This document shows positions 1-14,386 of a stretch of DNA of 64,000 nt, piece after piece (within the stretch, counting starts at the first letter, position 1; every line of letters begins with the position of its first letter). Made by a program: the position numbers and the translations under genes. The notes beneath the pieces were generated by a model that searched no databases, was not told the origin of the DNA, and saw only the letters and a list, made by a program, of their open reading frames with translations. The DNA comes from Diadema antillarum (Eukaryota): assembly GCF_040938485.1 (NCBI RefSeq), contig NW_027271172.1, positions 1,426,001 to 1,490,000 of the forward strand, given 5' to 3'.

Positions 1-1491
1 AAGGCTGTGTTACACCTGGGAACCTCAAGTGGATATAAGGTGTATATCGTAGCATTGTTTTTTATTGCAGAAAACTGTGTTAAGGTGTGACCCAAAATTG
101 AACATTATATGGAGATTACATAGCTTATTTTAATAGTAGTTGATAGCACTGGTATATATTTGAAATCTTTCTTCAGCAAATTCATAAAGAATGAGCGCAC
201 TGGAATAAACAGCGTGTAAACATCCTGGAAATATCGATCGAAGAACCAGCTCATTAGTTAAATTAAAGGAATCATTGCAAAGATATCACGATTCTATTTC
301 TATAGCCTTTCTTTTGGCGCATAGTAGGAAACATCGAACAGTCAATTATAGTGTACTTGATCAAATATCCAATGTTCCCTGAACAATAAAAAAAGGATTG
401 ACTATTCAGTCAATTAAAAATGCAATCACAGAAATACATGAAAGGTCTTGTATGCCCAGACAAATTCACTACGAGTAGGACCAATGAGATGCAGTCATCA
501 CCTGGTTAGACAGCAAAATACAACGTGTAATGACAATTAATTTCAGTTCATGCTCATCAAAACTGCTTATTACTTTTCAAAGTTTTGGTTATCAACATTC
601 GTTCGTGGGTGTATTTTGTTTGTTTGTTTGTTTTGTGTGTTTTTCCCTCGTGAAAGACGTAATGATTTCTTCGTATCGAACGTAAACTGCATGTTTACCG
701 TAAACAAGCCATTCAGCTCAGCTCAGCTATGGCGCATTTGATCCATCGAACTTGCAGTAACCACTTATAGGCAGGAGCACGTGGCGCATTCCTTTAAACT
801 TGAAAGTGAAGCCACGTGTTTGCACATCGGCGCTTCCACACACAGTGCGGCATTTTGCGATCATCGTTACAGCAGACTTTCCGATTCCAGTCAGGGGAAA
901 AGGAATTGGAATACCTCTGAAAATACTGATGTTTAAAGTCCAATAAAATGAAAAAAGCCTGAAAACAACGCATGATTATGTTTTAATAGTAAACAATAAT
1001 TGGAAACACAGAACAGAGTTTTGCATCCGCTCACACAGAAGCTCTCTTGAGAAGATGAAAGCATTCCCCGTCCCCTGCTAGATAGTGGAAGCTTCCATAA
1101 TCAGCCCAGCAAGTTTTTGGAGGTACATACTTGCACTTGTACACATTCATTGCGAGAAAGCAATCAATCAACGCTGAACATTGCGTAGTTTGGCATCTTT
1201 ATCGTGCTGGTGACCAGCTTCGGCATGTGTCATAACGTTATGTTTAGAGCCTGTAGGCCTCATAAGTTGACGAGTTTAATTCAAAATAGCAAAAAGAGGG
1301 AGATTGAAAAAATACGAATTCTGGTGGAAAAATACGAATTTTGGAGCTGCTGAGTACTAATTTGTGCTTCCAAAGGGTGGCAGCTCTGGCAGTGGTAATG
1401 ATCTGATACATCTGCAAATTGAATGAAAAGGTCTCCATTGACAACAATGAGACTGAAGTGTTCATTTGATTTCCCATTTGCACTTGCCCAG

Positions 1492-1771
1492 GAGCCCGCT
1501 GTCCTCGAGCGTGTTTGGCTACAATGCCCTCTTCACCAAGCCAGCTTCCTCCCTGGCTCCCATGGCCATCGTCACCATCCTCAACAGGTATGGCTACCAG
1601 GATCTACAGGAGGAGAAGCTCTCCCTTGGGGACACCATCGAGCTCCGGGGCATCATGTTCTGGATCGCCTGCCTCGTTCCCATGGCGATTGGCACCTTGC
1701 AGCTCCTCGTGTGGCAGGGCTACAGTCTCCGCAGCAGCCACATCATCGTCGCCAAGCATGTGGAATCGTAG
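1492..1771 (+). CDS. MFSD13A: Terminal coding exon of an MFS-type membrane protein, MFSD13A/TMEM180-like
   Basis: Acceptor ttgcccag|G at 1491/1492, stop TAG 1769-1771. SSSVFGYNALFTKPASSLAPM...FWIACLVPMAIGTLQLLVWQGYSL resembles the recalled C-terminus of MFSD13A (LFGMVALVTKPGQTFAP...LVPITCALLQLFTWSQFTL). Upstream exons lie outside the window. Confidence 0.7.
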
Positions 1772-3624
1772 TGTTCCTGTAGGGAGCCGTCGATGAGAGT
1801 AAAGCAGATCGAGCGGACAAACGAGCAACATATGTAGCTGTAAGTTAGGATGTAGAGTGAGGTGTGTGGACATTTTTGCTAATGTTGTGCTCAGCTGAAT
1901 TAGCACAAGAGGTAGAATATGAAAACATTGAAATATGCATAGAACCACTCATCCTCGACCTTGTAAGCAAAATCTGAAATTAGGTCATAAAAATATTAAT
2001 TGTGCATGCAAAAATATCCAATTTTACAGCAGTGTATTCACATTTTACACCATTGTAGAGACATTTTGATACAGTATAAATTTCAGCATGTGGTCATGGA
2101 ATGGCAGGTGTACAACATCATATGTTTTCCCCATAAAATGTCAAACATGGCCCTTTTTTCCCTTTTTAACTGAAATGAGTTCCAGAGCAAAATTAAAAAA
2201 GAAAAAAAAAGGGGGGGGGGGGGGGAGTAGTGCCATGAAATACAGTGTACGAGTGTATATTTTTCCCCTCACTTCCATTACTTTCACTGAATATCAAGAA
2301 AAAGACATCTGTACTGTAAAAGTGGAAATTTTCTTGCATTAGGTGTGACATGAACATATTGCAAAAATAAAAGCATGCAGTTTGTTTTGCTTGCCTTATT
2401 TGTTTTGGTTCTGTAGAATTAATTGCATCTCACGTGGCCAAGTGTTAAGATTTACTTGCATGAAAATTTCCCCTTCTACATTATATTCTATAAACAGGTT
2501 ACATTGGTAATGCTCAGATAGAGTCAGTGTATGACACAGACTCTTGGGTGTGACGTGCCATCGTTCTTGACATGCATTATTTATTTATTTTTTTGATTAA
2601 ATAGCATGTGTTAAAATTGATCAAGAAGTGGACTGATAGGAATCCTGGTTTTGTTTTATGTTGCTGTGGCTGCTGTATGCATTCCCTGTAATGAATGGAC
2701 CACTGCATAACTTTGAAATACATGTACTGCATAGTAATTTACATCCCTTGCGGCTGATGGTGTGCTATACACTGCTTATATGTGACTGCTAATTTTTTTT
2801 TTTCAAAGTTTACTTGCACCTTAGTGTATATTCACTTTGCAATGATGTGCATTAAATCAACATGCCTGAACAAAGATGTTGAAATACTGACTGAAAATGA
2901 ATATTAGTATATAAATCCCATATTTGTGTGTTTGTCTCTGGTATTATTGCGTTTGTACATGTATGCCAGTTCAGCATGAGAAAAGGCATTGTGAAGCCTA
3001 AAATTGTAACTTGTGTGGGTTGTTCATAAATCATGTCTTCCAAAGTGTCTTTGGCCTGACAGTGACAGTTGATTTAAAAAAGAATCCATTGCAGTGAGCT
3101 TACAAATGTTTCCCACAATTTACATTTTACAGCAATATACACTGCACTCCCATTTTTACAAAGTCCATGGGACTGGTTGTTGTTTTTTTTCTGTTATTTA
3201 AATACACAGTATTGAAATTATGTAATAGCCGAACAGTAAAGTACAAAGAGATACATTTATGATAATTAGTGAGTCCTGAATTCGTATTTCACTGTAACAA
3301 GAATTTTGTAATAACATGCTCATTATTACGGGAGTGCACTGCAGTATGCTTACTACATATAGCTGTTCAGAGTTGCTGTCGTGGAAGTGACCAGTGTCCA
3401 TAGCTGGTCATTCTGTTTGCATGTATACTGTACATGCTTTTGTTGAACTAAGCCAACATTATTGAGTGATTGTATAGACACATGTGCGTGTGTGCTTTTG
3501 AATCAGACATATAGATGCTAGTATGTCTTGTGCATTTTTATTTTGTGTGTGTGTCATGCATATTTCTTACCAGGTTCTTCAACCATTATTGTGACTGTCA
3601 ACTCATCATTGTGACTACCGGGCA

Positions 3625-3822
3625 GTGTAAAACACAATATATGGGCAGCATGAAAATTTCGCAAATTGGAGCCGACTGCCTTTCTTGCAGTTTGAAATTT
3701 TCGCGAATTGCCACTGGCATCCAATGCATATTGTGTCGGCAAGAACGTTTGCGTGCATTTTAACTTCGCGGATTTTGGCGCTCGCGAAATTAAGATGCAC
3801 GCAAACATTCCTCGTTTTACAG
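3625..3822. mobile_element. Small MITE-like element in the probable 3' UTR
   Basis: Imperfect TIR gtgtaaaac...gttttacag|ta with internal ttttcgcg repeats. Confidence 0.45.
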
Positions 3823-6804
3823 TATTCATATGTTTTGATTGCCAGCTTCTAGATGCAATGTGTCCTTGAGTCCTTGTGAAGGATTTTTGTTTTGTTTTAT
3901 TGTGAATTCTATCATTGGGTTGTGAGGAAACCAGTAGTAGAAATTTTACCTGAAAACCTGGATTATAAAATTGCTTGTATGAGATTTAAGGCCTAATAAT
4001 TTGGGTGTTTATGCTATTGATCTGTTTTAATAAACATGAAGATTTTATTTTTGTGCAAGTGAGATTACTTTAAATGTTTAATTCATGAATATAAAGAACT
4101 ATATATTTTGTATCTTTAAGGAAATTACTGTTCCATTAATGGAGGCTTTTGTTATGTTGTCTGGCTTTCCTATTGTAAAGGAGTAAAGATTTAAATCCCT
4201 ACATCACTGTATTCCTGAAGTGTATGTAGCCAAATCACAAAAATGAGGTTGCTTTGATTTGTTCATTACCTTTATACACCTTGCCTGAATAGTTAAATAG
4301 ATACAGTTTGTATTATGTTTTCTATTCTTTCCCATGCTTTGTGATGACATGAAGGGAAATTACTTCATGCTGTCATAGAGTGACTGTGTCAGGATACTAG
4401 TGACCAGTGTTTAGTAGCAGTGCACATTCCAATGCTGGGAATCAGACTTCCTGTGGCATGCATTGAGCCAAATGACCAATACAAGTTTGTAGCTCACGAG
4501 GACTTATGATGATGCCACTGGTGGCACCATTGCGAAGAAAGTTCACACATGGTGAAGAGGGATATGCACAAATCTGTTTTCATTTTGATGGAAATGACTG
4601 AAATCTGTGTAAAGGCATGCCTGATCAGTAACATGTAGGATTAGTTCATGCACGAAACATATATATTCATACATGTACATATTTTTGCATGTTTCTGTAA
4701 TAAGATTGCAATCTCACAGTCTTAATGAATGAAGGCGTCTCTTATAGAGGCAAAAGGAATGCGACAAAGACCAAAAAAAATGCGTATTTATCTGTTTTGA
4801 TGGGGAAGGAAGGATCTATTTGAATACCTATTTTTGCAGCATAATTTATGTGTGACTTTACCCTGAACTAGTTACCTCTGGTCTCTCTATTCAGCATTTC
4901 GATTTGGCAAGTTGATCTTTACTTCATGTAGGGCCCTACTTGTTTTATAACTGCCAAGGTAAATGGCCACTGTTTGCAATAAAGAATTGAGACATTGACT
5001 ATAATGTATGCTTTCCTGTCACATCATTGCAGAATAGCATTTGTTGCTATTCGTTGCAGTCTGACAGAATATGTACAAAGCATTACTCTAATGCCGATTG
5101 TAGCAAATTGATTCTCCTTTTAAAGAAAGCACCACAGAAAATTGATTAGTGAAAAGAATGCATAAACTTTAATTCTGCTTGAATGTAGGATACTTGCCGT
5201 GTATATTGAAGCAAAGTGGCATTGCTTTTGAACAAAACACCACAGGAAAATTCATTTGCTTAAGAGTGCTTGGATGGAGAATACGTGTACATGCAAATAA
5301 ACAGAGTATAGTAGTATCTCAACTAAGAGGTTGCAATCCAGAGAGAAAGTACAATGTAGCTGTCCTTAACTAGATGGAAAGATGCCGATTATTACATATC
5401 ATTGCAGTATTTTGTACTTCTTCTTTTTTTTTTCCACCAAAATACTGTTTGTTTCAGGGAAACTACTGTTGCCCCAAATTGTATCACTTCACATGTATAT
5501 TGCAGGAAATGTGCAAAAACTGTTTTTGTGTTGTGTTGTTTTGTTTTTGTTTTGTTTTGTTTTTGTTGTTGTTGGTTTGTGTTTGTTTTTGTTTTTGTTT
5601 TTTTTTTGTTTTGGGGGGGGCATATATTTGCCTTTTCAGCTCTCAGAGTCAGCTCTGCAATATTTTGTACTAGGTAGGCATCCTTGATATATTCTTGTTG
5701 AAATTGGTTACTCTTTCTCTATTGGTTGGATGGGTTCAACTACTTTTTTATTTATCTTATCAAGGGTTTAGGATACTAATTATCATGAATCAAAATTTAG
5801 ATAATTATAGACAACAATGATATAGAATTTGAATAAAATAATTGCATTGTTCCCCTCGTTACAGATATTAAATGGAGTGATAAGGAGAAAGAACAAAGAT
5901 CATGTAGGTTGAATTTTTGTGTGCATTTCAATATTTCTTACTTACTTAACAAATAACAAACTCTGAAAATGGAATGGGTATTTGATTTCTTTCACCTTCG
6001 GTAAAAAATGCTGGAAAGTAATGCTTAACTAGCACACAAAGCATGTTCGTGTAACACACATGAAATATCAGGCTAAGCTGAAATACCAGTGATAGTTTGT
6101 ATCAACCAGAAGGTATAGGTTTACTGTATTAGCACCCTACAAACTTTGTCGGAGTTGCAGTTGAAACAAGTCATTGCATTTATTTTGTCTCCCATTGAAT
6201 GAGACTTAAAGTGGACAAAGTGCACTTTTTAACCAAGAATTCAATTCAGTGTTTATAATCTGTTTTCACAACAGAGATGAAGGTGACAGGCCATAAAGGA
6301 ACTCTCATGTTACAATATATCATACCAGGTTAAATGGGAGCTACCCTTACTGGGTGCAAGAAAGTTTCGTTCTCTATACAAGGTAGTGTGTTCTGATGAA
6401 GTACAAAGATTTCTTTATACTGAATTCCCAAGTGTAAATGGACCCCTTGCAAATCTGAATCTACATATGTATGTTGCATCTTGATATTACAATGTATGCT
6501 GTATGTTATGGATTTGGTCACTCTTAGTTCTGAATTCATTTTTGTGCTATTTGGAGTCTGTCTCATTTCTTGTGTTTTTGTACATGTCTACTGATAATCA
6601 TACTGACGAATCATGGCGAGGGCTTTCAGAATTTACGAATATGCAAAGCATCACATATATTATTTTCAAGCTATTTGGAGGGCTTGACTATCTCCCTCCT
6701 CAGAGAATGGGTAGAGAAGTACCCATATTCTTATGTCTTCACAGAGTAACTTAATGTGGGCAAAGATTTTCCCAAGACTACAACTCATTATGCATCTATA
6801 TGTA

Positions 6805-7003
6805 CTCTCATAAAATGTAATTTCCAGTGAAAAATTTACTTCATGTTCATTTTTAAAATCTTCGAGTGATCCCTGAGGTCACTCCAAAATGAGTGAATAT
6901 GAACATTTTCACTCGAAATTCACTCCAATTTCACTCTGAATTCACTCTTTTTTGTATTCACTCCTTTAAGAGTGAATATTTTCACTCGATTTTTTTTAGA
7001 GAG
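6805..7003. mobile_element. MITE with CTCTC termini and many CACTC/GAGTG subterminal motifs
   Basis: TA|CTCTCATAAAA...TTTTAGAGAG|TA. Related copies at about 24828-25016 and 41295-41465. Confidence 0.6.
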
Positions 7004-7573
7004 TAGGTCCAACAGAGAGAATGTCAAAGGTGCCAATCGGGTTGAGCTAGAGGCAAAATAGTTTTGCATGATTCTCTCATGAAATAGTGACATCATTCTC
7101 ACCGTGGATATGAGGTATCAAGGTCATGATAGCGTATACCAAGACTCCAACTCCCTTTTACTCAATTTTTTACATCTATAGTTTAACTTATTCATTCATT
7201 CTTTTTTTACCTTTTTGACATGGATACAGCAAGGAACAATTACATCCTTCACAGCAAATAACATGTATTCTAAAATTGTAACCACAGATGAAAAGGCTAA
7301 AGTAGCTAATTTATTGTTAACCTAAAGACTGATTTTGCTATTAAAGATTGTGATCATTTGTCTCCATCTCTACAAATGCATTAAGATCGTATCTGCTGAT
7401 ATATATATTTTGCTAAACATGCTTAGAAAAAGGAATATGTGGGAATCGAACCTGCCATCTACGGGCTATCCCTGGTTATGAGCAGTGACGCAATAAACTT
7501 GGAACAGATACCCAGGCTCGTCAATTCCAACATTGTTATGTTAAATAGTCCAAGGCAGATAAGGTTTATTTGA

Positions 7574-7990
7574 AGGAGATGTCTAGTACCTGATCAGTGG
7601 GAATCTGTGGGAATGTTGGGGGATGATTGATCCAATCCTTGTGGGATTCATTTAAGAGTATTTACATTATATATCTATTGTTGTGTAAAAATTATTTGCT
7701 TCAGAATGGTCTCATATTCAAGTAATGTGCAGTTCAATATTTCCAGATGATGCCTGTACAGTGACGGGGTGATCGTTTACGGGCTGTGAACGATTGCCCC
7801 GACACTGTACAGGCATGCTAACCGGGAAACATTAAACTGCACATTACTTGAATATGAGACCATTCTGAAGCACATAATTTTCACACAACAATATATATAT
7901 AATGTACTCTTAAATGAATCCACAAGGATTGGAACAATCATCCCCCAGCATTCCCACCGATTCCCACTGATCAGCTACTAGCCATCCCCT
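7574..7990. mobile_element. Fold-back MITE, Kolobok-like (AGG termini, TTAA-like target)
   Basis: Nearly the whole element is an inverted repeat: ttga|aggagatgtctagta...tactagccatcccct|ttaa. Confidence 0.65.
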
Positions 7991-9088
7991 TTAAGTGAAA
8001 TCAAGATATTATTAAAGCAGAGGGGTGAGGAGGTGCTATGAAATATTTTTAAGAATTTGTCTCCCTCTGTATATACATGTATAAGAATATCATAAAAGAG
8101 TGAATTTATGATATTGGTAAGTACAAACAGTATAGGAGAGTTGTAAAGAATGTCATTCCTAGTCTTATTTCCATAAGTCTTATTGCCATATTCTTTGTCC
8201 CATATTTAATGGAACTTCAACTGTTCCGTTTGATTCACCTTACTCTGCTATCACTGCATGGAGTGAAGTTTTTTCCCATTAAGAATCTGAAATATGCTAA
8301 TATCTGTGAAAACTGAGATAAACAGCTTGCATTGTTTTTCACATCCTAATATAATCGTTGCTCCTGATGTAGGAGTATCATTAACTTGTATCTATTTGCA
8401 TCTATACTGCTGAAGTATCACTTAAAAGAAGAAGAATAAAAAAAGACATATTGCAAAATAGACCATATTTCTCAGGACGTGTGTTTCAATGTACAGAACC
8501 GAAATCACTGACTGTTTTTTTTTCCTGCAAAGTTATTTTCTTGTCATATACAGATGTTTAAAAAATTGCAGTACCATAGGACGTGAAGGTAAATGAGACA
8601 TGAAATTCACGCCGACATCTCTGAATTTTGAAAACCTGGGTGCACACACATAAACACAATATATTCGAATAAAACAATGATAACAAGAAATATAAAACTC
8701 GGATCACTGAGCCGCAGCAATGCATGCCTGACCTGGAAAAGACAGAACTAATGGTAATGACACGGTTCTGACAAGCACGTTTGCTCCATTTTGCATCATT
8801 TCACATTTGACCTGTACTAGGTCTCCATACTCGGTCGTACTGTGCACTCCAGGAATGCACAGTTTCAGCGAGTGAGTTGTCATTGTAAAGAAAATTATTC
8901 AGGCTTTCTAACGATGTCACATCTGAATGTAATGATGTTGTTTTTAGAGAAATATGACATATCAAACTGGAAATGCAGGACATTTTTGATGGATATTTAA
9001 TGATATAAATGGTATACTATAAACATATAGGACATATAAGTATATATATATATGATTATATATTATTATATATATATATACATATATG

Positions 9089-9130
<42 letters not shown>

Positions 9131-9139
9131 TTAATATAA

Positions 9140-9730
9140 TAATTTGAAATAATTTGTCCTTGTTGAGAGAAATTACCTCGCCGGCTTTTCTCCACTGCTC
9201 TCGCATACAGTCGGCACTAATGATATTGAAACGTCCTTCCGATATGCCACTAACCCTTTCTCTTTCAAACCAATTAAATCATCGTATTACTAATCAGCAT
9301 TAACCTATTGTGCGTGAATTGCAATTTTCACCATTATCTCGAGCTTTCAAAGGGAGACGTGAAAGTCAATCTCGCTAGATTCCAAGATTAAATTCGTAAA
9401 ATGAAGGTGACAGCCAATTACACAAAGTAGATTATTATAGATGATTAAAGAACGATAGAAATAGAACTAAAACAACGTCAACAGTAATTTTTGTCTACCT
9501 TTTTTTCGCCAATACCCTGTCAGAAATTATTGCATTTGCTCAGTCAGACGGAGTGGCTCTCTAGTTTCCTATCATTGGGCGAGATAAGCATATCTCAAGG
9601 ATACTGCTATTACTTCTTCTCTATTTGACTTTGACAAATGCGCTGATTTACCTCAAACAATTTGCACTCTACTGCTCGGAAGATACTGACAGCTTTTCTT
9701 AGTACGTGAAACTTTATCGCACGGAGAATG
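9140..9730 (+). promoter_or_regulatory. Gene 1 putative promoter and exon 1
   Basis: Homologous to 32010-32618 and 54390-55003; ends in AATG|gtaagctcagtc in all three copies. Confidence 0.55.
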
Positions 9731-12700
9731 GTAAGCTCAGTCTGTAAATCGAAAGCAGTCAGACTGTTAGGCCTACGTATTTCAAGCTTAATCGCTTGCC
9801 ATAAGATGGTGGTCTCCTGTATTCAATTATTTCTATCATTTATTGAAAAATACTTTATACCTTTTTGTATGTTTCGGTGTATGTATATTGCTCAAAAGAA
9901 TTCCCAAGAATTATTTTGTAATATCTTGTAATATGTTTGAACTGTCACGCAGCTACCAAACAATATTGAATATTCAATTGTAATAATAATGGAGGGATGA
10001 TGAAATCACATTAAAATTTTTGTTTCAAACAAAATGTTATATGGTATATTGATAAATATTATATACATTATATATATATACATGTATATACAATTAATTT
10101 TTTGTTATGTAATACAACAGATATAGGTTAAATATTACTGTAGGTTGTGGGGTCAGACCCTCCACTAATTATAAAGTTACTTTTAACAACCTGTGTAATG
10201 GTTCTCATTTCATATATGCGTGTTCCGGTATATTCTTTAAGAAGTAAAACAACGGCTATAACAAATATTGTGAAGGCTAATACACCATGTGCACTGAAAC
10301 CATGCAAATCATTAACGCGATTTTTTAAAAACTTTCCATATACAGTGCAGCTATTTAATCGAGATATCTTTACTCTCGCCGAATAGAATGATACAGCTGA
10401 TTGCAGGTATCATCTTTTAAAAAATTCTTTATTCATGTTCACTTTACAAGGAAATCACATCACAGTGCAGATCTGTCAAAATTATTGTCATCACAATAAG
10501 ATTTCAAGTAGTCCCCCTTATATATATTTTCATCTATATTCATTTTTAGTCACCAGAGTGAATATTTATATAGGCTACATGAAGAGACATACTACTCGTA
10601 TAAAAGTGCAAACAATGCCCCATGAATGAAATGCCTTTTTTTTTTCTTGCTGTTCTTTGCTTTTTCCAGAACATCCCAAGGGCGTCAATATTCGGTTACT
10701 GGGTGTTGTACATTCTTCACCTGGGTAAGATAATGATTCATGTTGATTTCCATTAAAGTTTGAATGAATTGTATATATCAATACCTTTTCCTCCCAAAAA
10801 ATGTCTTCAAACTGCTCTATAATAATTACAGCCAAAATACTCTCACATGCAATTTGTTTCTTTCGGTAAATGCAATTTTCTGATTTTGAAAGCAAATTTA
10901 TCTATTTTTAGAAGCATATGACCCGACTTCTCATTTAGCTGTCAAACATATTGGTTTTAACCCAGTGTGTACTTCAAATTACGAAGTTATCTAGATTTAA
11001 AATGACTTATCAGGCCTGGTCCATTGTGACAATATAAGTATTGTAAATTTTTGTCTATTTGTTATAAATTCAGTCTTCAGGGCGGTATTATCTGGTATAA
11101 AAACCACGTCTCAGGTATTGGCTATCGGCTAAACCCTGCATGTTCTACATTCTGTCTACATGAGGTTTGGAAGATTAGTAATGTTCTCAATTCTCCTTGA
11201 GCGTTAAAAAGCATGACAGTTCTAACTTACACGTACGAACACAAATTTTAATACGTCATGTGGTCAGTCACATCAGTGTTTAGAAAGCTAAATGATTATT
11301 ATTTCTACTCAGAAGAAGCTGATCCTTGTATAAGCTATATCATCAGCTTTCTTTTTGCACACATTGTCCTAATCTGTTCTTGATAGATCTACATTTATAA
11401 TGAGCATCCCTGCAGCCCACTCTAATACTTTTGGACTAAGATGGTGGAAATAGGCCTGTATTTATTATTCATATTGACTTGCTTCTCTGTTAATCATAAT
11501 GATTATTGAGAACAAACGCTCACCAGTTGCTGACAGAAATTTCTCTTACCGACATGCAGCGTCGCCGACCCCATACGACCGCCACACTTGCCACACGAAC
11601 GGCTATGGTCTGAATTACACGCTGCCTAAGATCAAGGGATGTCAGAAGACAGTAGGTCCAGACGGACACCTGGTCCAGAATATTCCCAAATTGTCCCCGG
11701 CCTCATCTGCGGAACTGAGCTGCCGGAACCAACGGCAGAGTCGTCTGGGAGTTCCACAAGGAATGATCGTCTGTCAAATACCTGGTGGGCATTTCTTTTT
11801 CCTGTTTCAAGAATTACGTAATATTGAATACATGTTCCTCAGTCGTTCGCACTTGTCATATCTCATTTAATTGCTCAATTCAGCTTTGATATATCCAAGG
11901 AGATTCAAGCGATGGAATCATAACAGTCGAGGGGTGCGTTAAACAGCTCTGCTAAAGCCTACCTTACCGTACCTTACCGGCGCCATTTCCCGATCTGTTC
12001 CAAACAAAGAATAAAATGTTTGTTCCCCACTACCTACTCATAATACGCTCTTTGGTTCAGAAGTTGGCATGAGAAGAATGTGCGTAACACACTAACGTCA
12101 TAATACGAAGAGTTGATTCTCTTTGTTAGGGACACCTGTCAATAAGCGCGACAGGTGCATGACCCTGTTGCTACAAAATGTATCTGACTGAGGTACGTTT
12201 TCTTCAAAGAGATCTCAAGCGCTACAAATCCGGCATGTTATGGCATGGTTAGCTTTTACTTGAACACTTGAACGTGACCTTTTCCCTTTGATCCTATGAG
12301 AGTATTTGAAGCATGTGCGAAACTGAAGCTGCCCCACAGATAGGAAAACACTTGATTCATGTCACATTGCATAATGACCTACCACTCTCCAATTAACATC
12401 ATGTTCCGCGGACTATGTCTTTATGATGGCAATCACTTTTCGCTGTTCCTATTTATGATAAAATATGAACTGGACATGTCTGGACACTAATCTGACATAA
12501 TTAAGAACTATAACATAGTGATAAGTTTCAACTGTCGGACTTGACCGGGATAAAAAGGGGGAAAAACAGCTTTCTAATGAGGGTACAGTTTAAAATACTT
12601 TCACAAAATACGACTCAGATTTATATTTTGTCGCACGTATTTCTTGACGGAATTGATTTTTGTTTCTGGATGCTTTATCATTAGGTGGAATTTAATTTCA

Positions 12701-13366
12701 TGACTGGCAATATCTCCCCGACATTATGTTGCGTTCAAAATGTATCTTGCGATTGCTGAGAGAGAGATGGGAACATCAAATCCCGATCATAAAAGGCACA
12801 AATGCTCATGTTGAATTCTTATGTGCATCCATTGAAAACTGACAGCTCTTGAAATAAAATTGGTCAGTTGGAACTCCAGCTCTTGAAACTCCTTGTTTTG
12901 AGTTTAAAAGAGATGCGGTCACAACCGTCTCTTTCCTTTTGAGACCATGGTTGATGCCATTACGCAAAAACATTCGAATAATGTGCCAAACTGGATCTAC
13001 CTCACAGATATTATAGGAGAACAATTAATTGGTTTTGATAAAGCCGTACATTATAAAGCGTTCAACATTCGAGGTGGCCCATCAGGCCCACCAGAAAATA
13101 GATTTGGGCCACCAAAGAAAAACGTATACTGTCGAGCGTTGATATATCACCATATATATTATATGTATATACAAAATATGATTTCATATCATCGATATTG
13201 ATGTCAAAGATTGCCAGAGCAACCCGTGCTTTTCTGGGTGGTGTGAAGAAACCATGACAGCGTATGAGTGTCACTGTCCGCCGGAATACACTGGAATTCA
13301 TTGCGACGAAGGTAGGAGTACGTTAATATCTTGTAAAGCAGCAGTAAAGGGTGTGTGTGTATGTGT

Positions 13367-13415
<49 letters not shown>

Positions 13416-14355
13416 TACATGCGTGGACGGACACTATTTTGCAAATGTGTTGTGGTATAAGAATAGTAGGATTCAGTCTATCTAGTATTTCTTTCCAAAC
13501 CCGAGCGATGATTGGAAAGGGCAGTTGCTATATTTGCTATGATTAATAGATGCACAACGCGCATTCAGGCGTGTCCGTTTCAGAGTGGACATGGTCAGCA
13601 ATTATGGTAATGAACGAAAAAAAACAACAACAAATTAATAGCACTAACAGTGATACTAACACGGACCTCGGTTTGGATGCAAATAATATGGTCCGATCGC
13701 AGGGCTGCCACCATAGTGACACGACACAAACCAAAATAGACCATTATTTCCCTCATTGTGCAATTTGCAATGGTTTAATTGTTTGACATCTTAAACTGTT
13801 ACCATGATCACTTGATTCGTTGCGGATGGTGTTGAGAAATTATGAGGAAACGTTGCAAACCCGGAGTCATAGAGAGTATTGCAATCATTAATTTACTCCT
13901 TCTAGGTGTTGTCAACAGAATAGAAAAACAAACGTAAAAACACAACTGAAGTAGAATATGGCGAGCAGTGAATAAGGGTAAGAAAAAAAAATGAACTTCA
14001 AAAATCTCAAGCGCTTAGAAATATTCATCCGCACTGGAAAGCCTGAGTCATTAGATTTGAGTCAACGATTTACTGCAAAACTGTGAACCCGCTGAGAAGA
14101 TGACTCAAGATCACTCCTTGCAGAGTATTAAGCATCATTAAGCACAGTTTTTGCAATCAAAAAATTAAGGCAAACACTTAATTATCTATCAAAGGCAAAA
14201 AACAAAAACAAAGAAAGAACGAAAGGTGAAACCACATGAGAAAAAAAATGTATGAAAAATGCATAACAGTGTATACAAAATGTTTGATATACATTTATGA
14301 TCTGCAAAAAATACAATAAAATCGAACTGGTTTCTTTGTGTTCGAACCCCCTGAA

Positions 14356-14386
<31 letters not shown>

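Noticed and set aside
8750-8990. Coding-like stretch on the minus strand
   Set aside because: Short frames only, with no recognisable domain or partner exons.
8962-9195. YIYI-, CVCV- and THTH-type ORFs here and elsewhere
   Set aside because: They are translations of (AT)n and (GT)n microsatellites.
9601-9730. Hydrophobic frame ILLLLLLYLTLTNA as an alternative signal peptide
   Set aside because: It has an in-frame TAG at 9700-9702 and is not conserved in genes 2 and 3. Exon 2 gives a conserved signal peptide.
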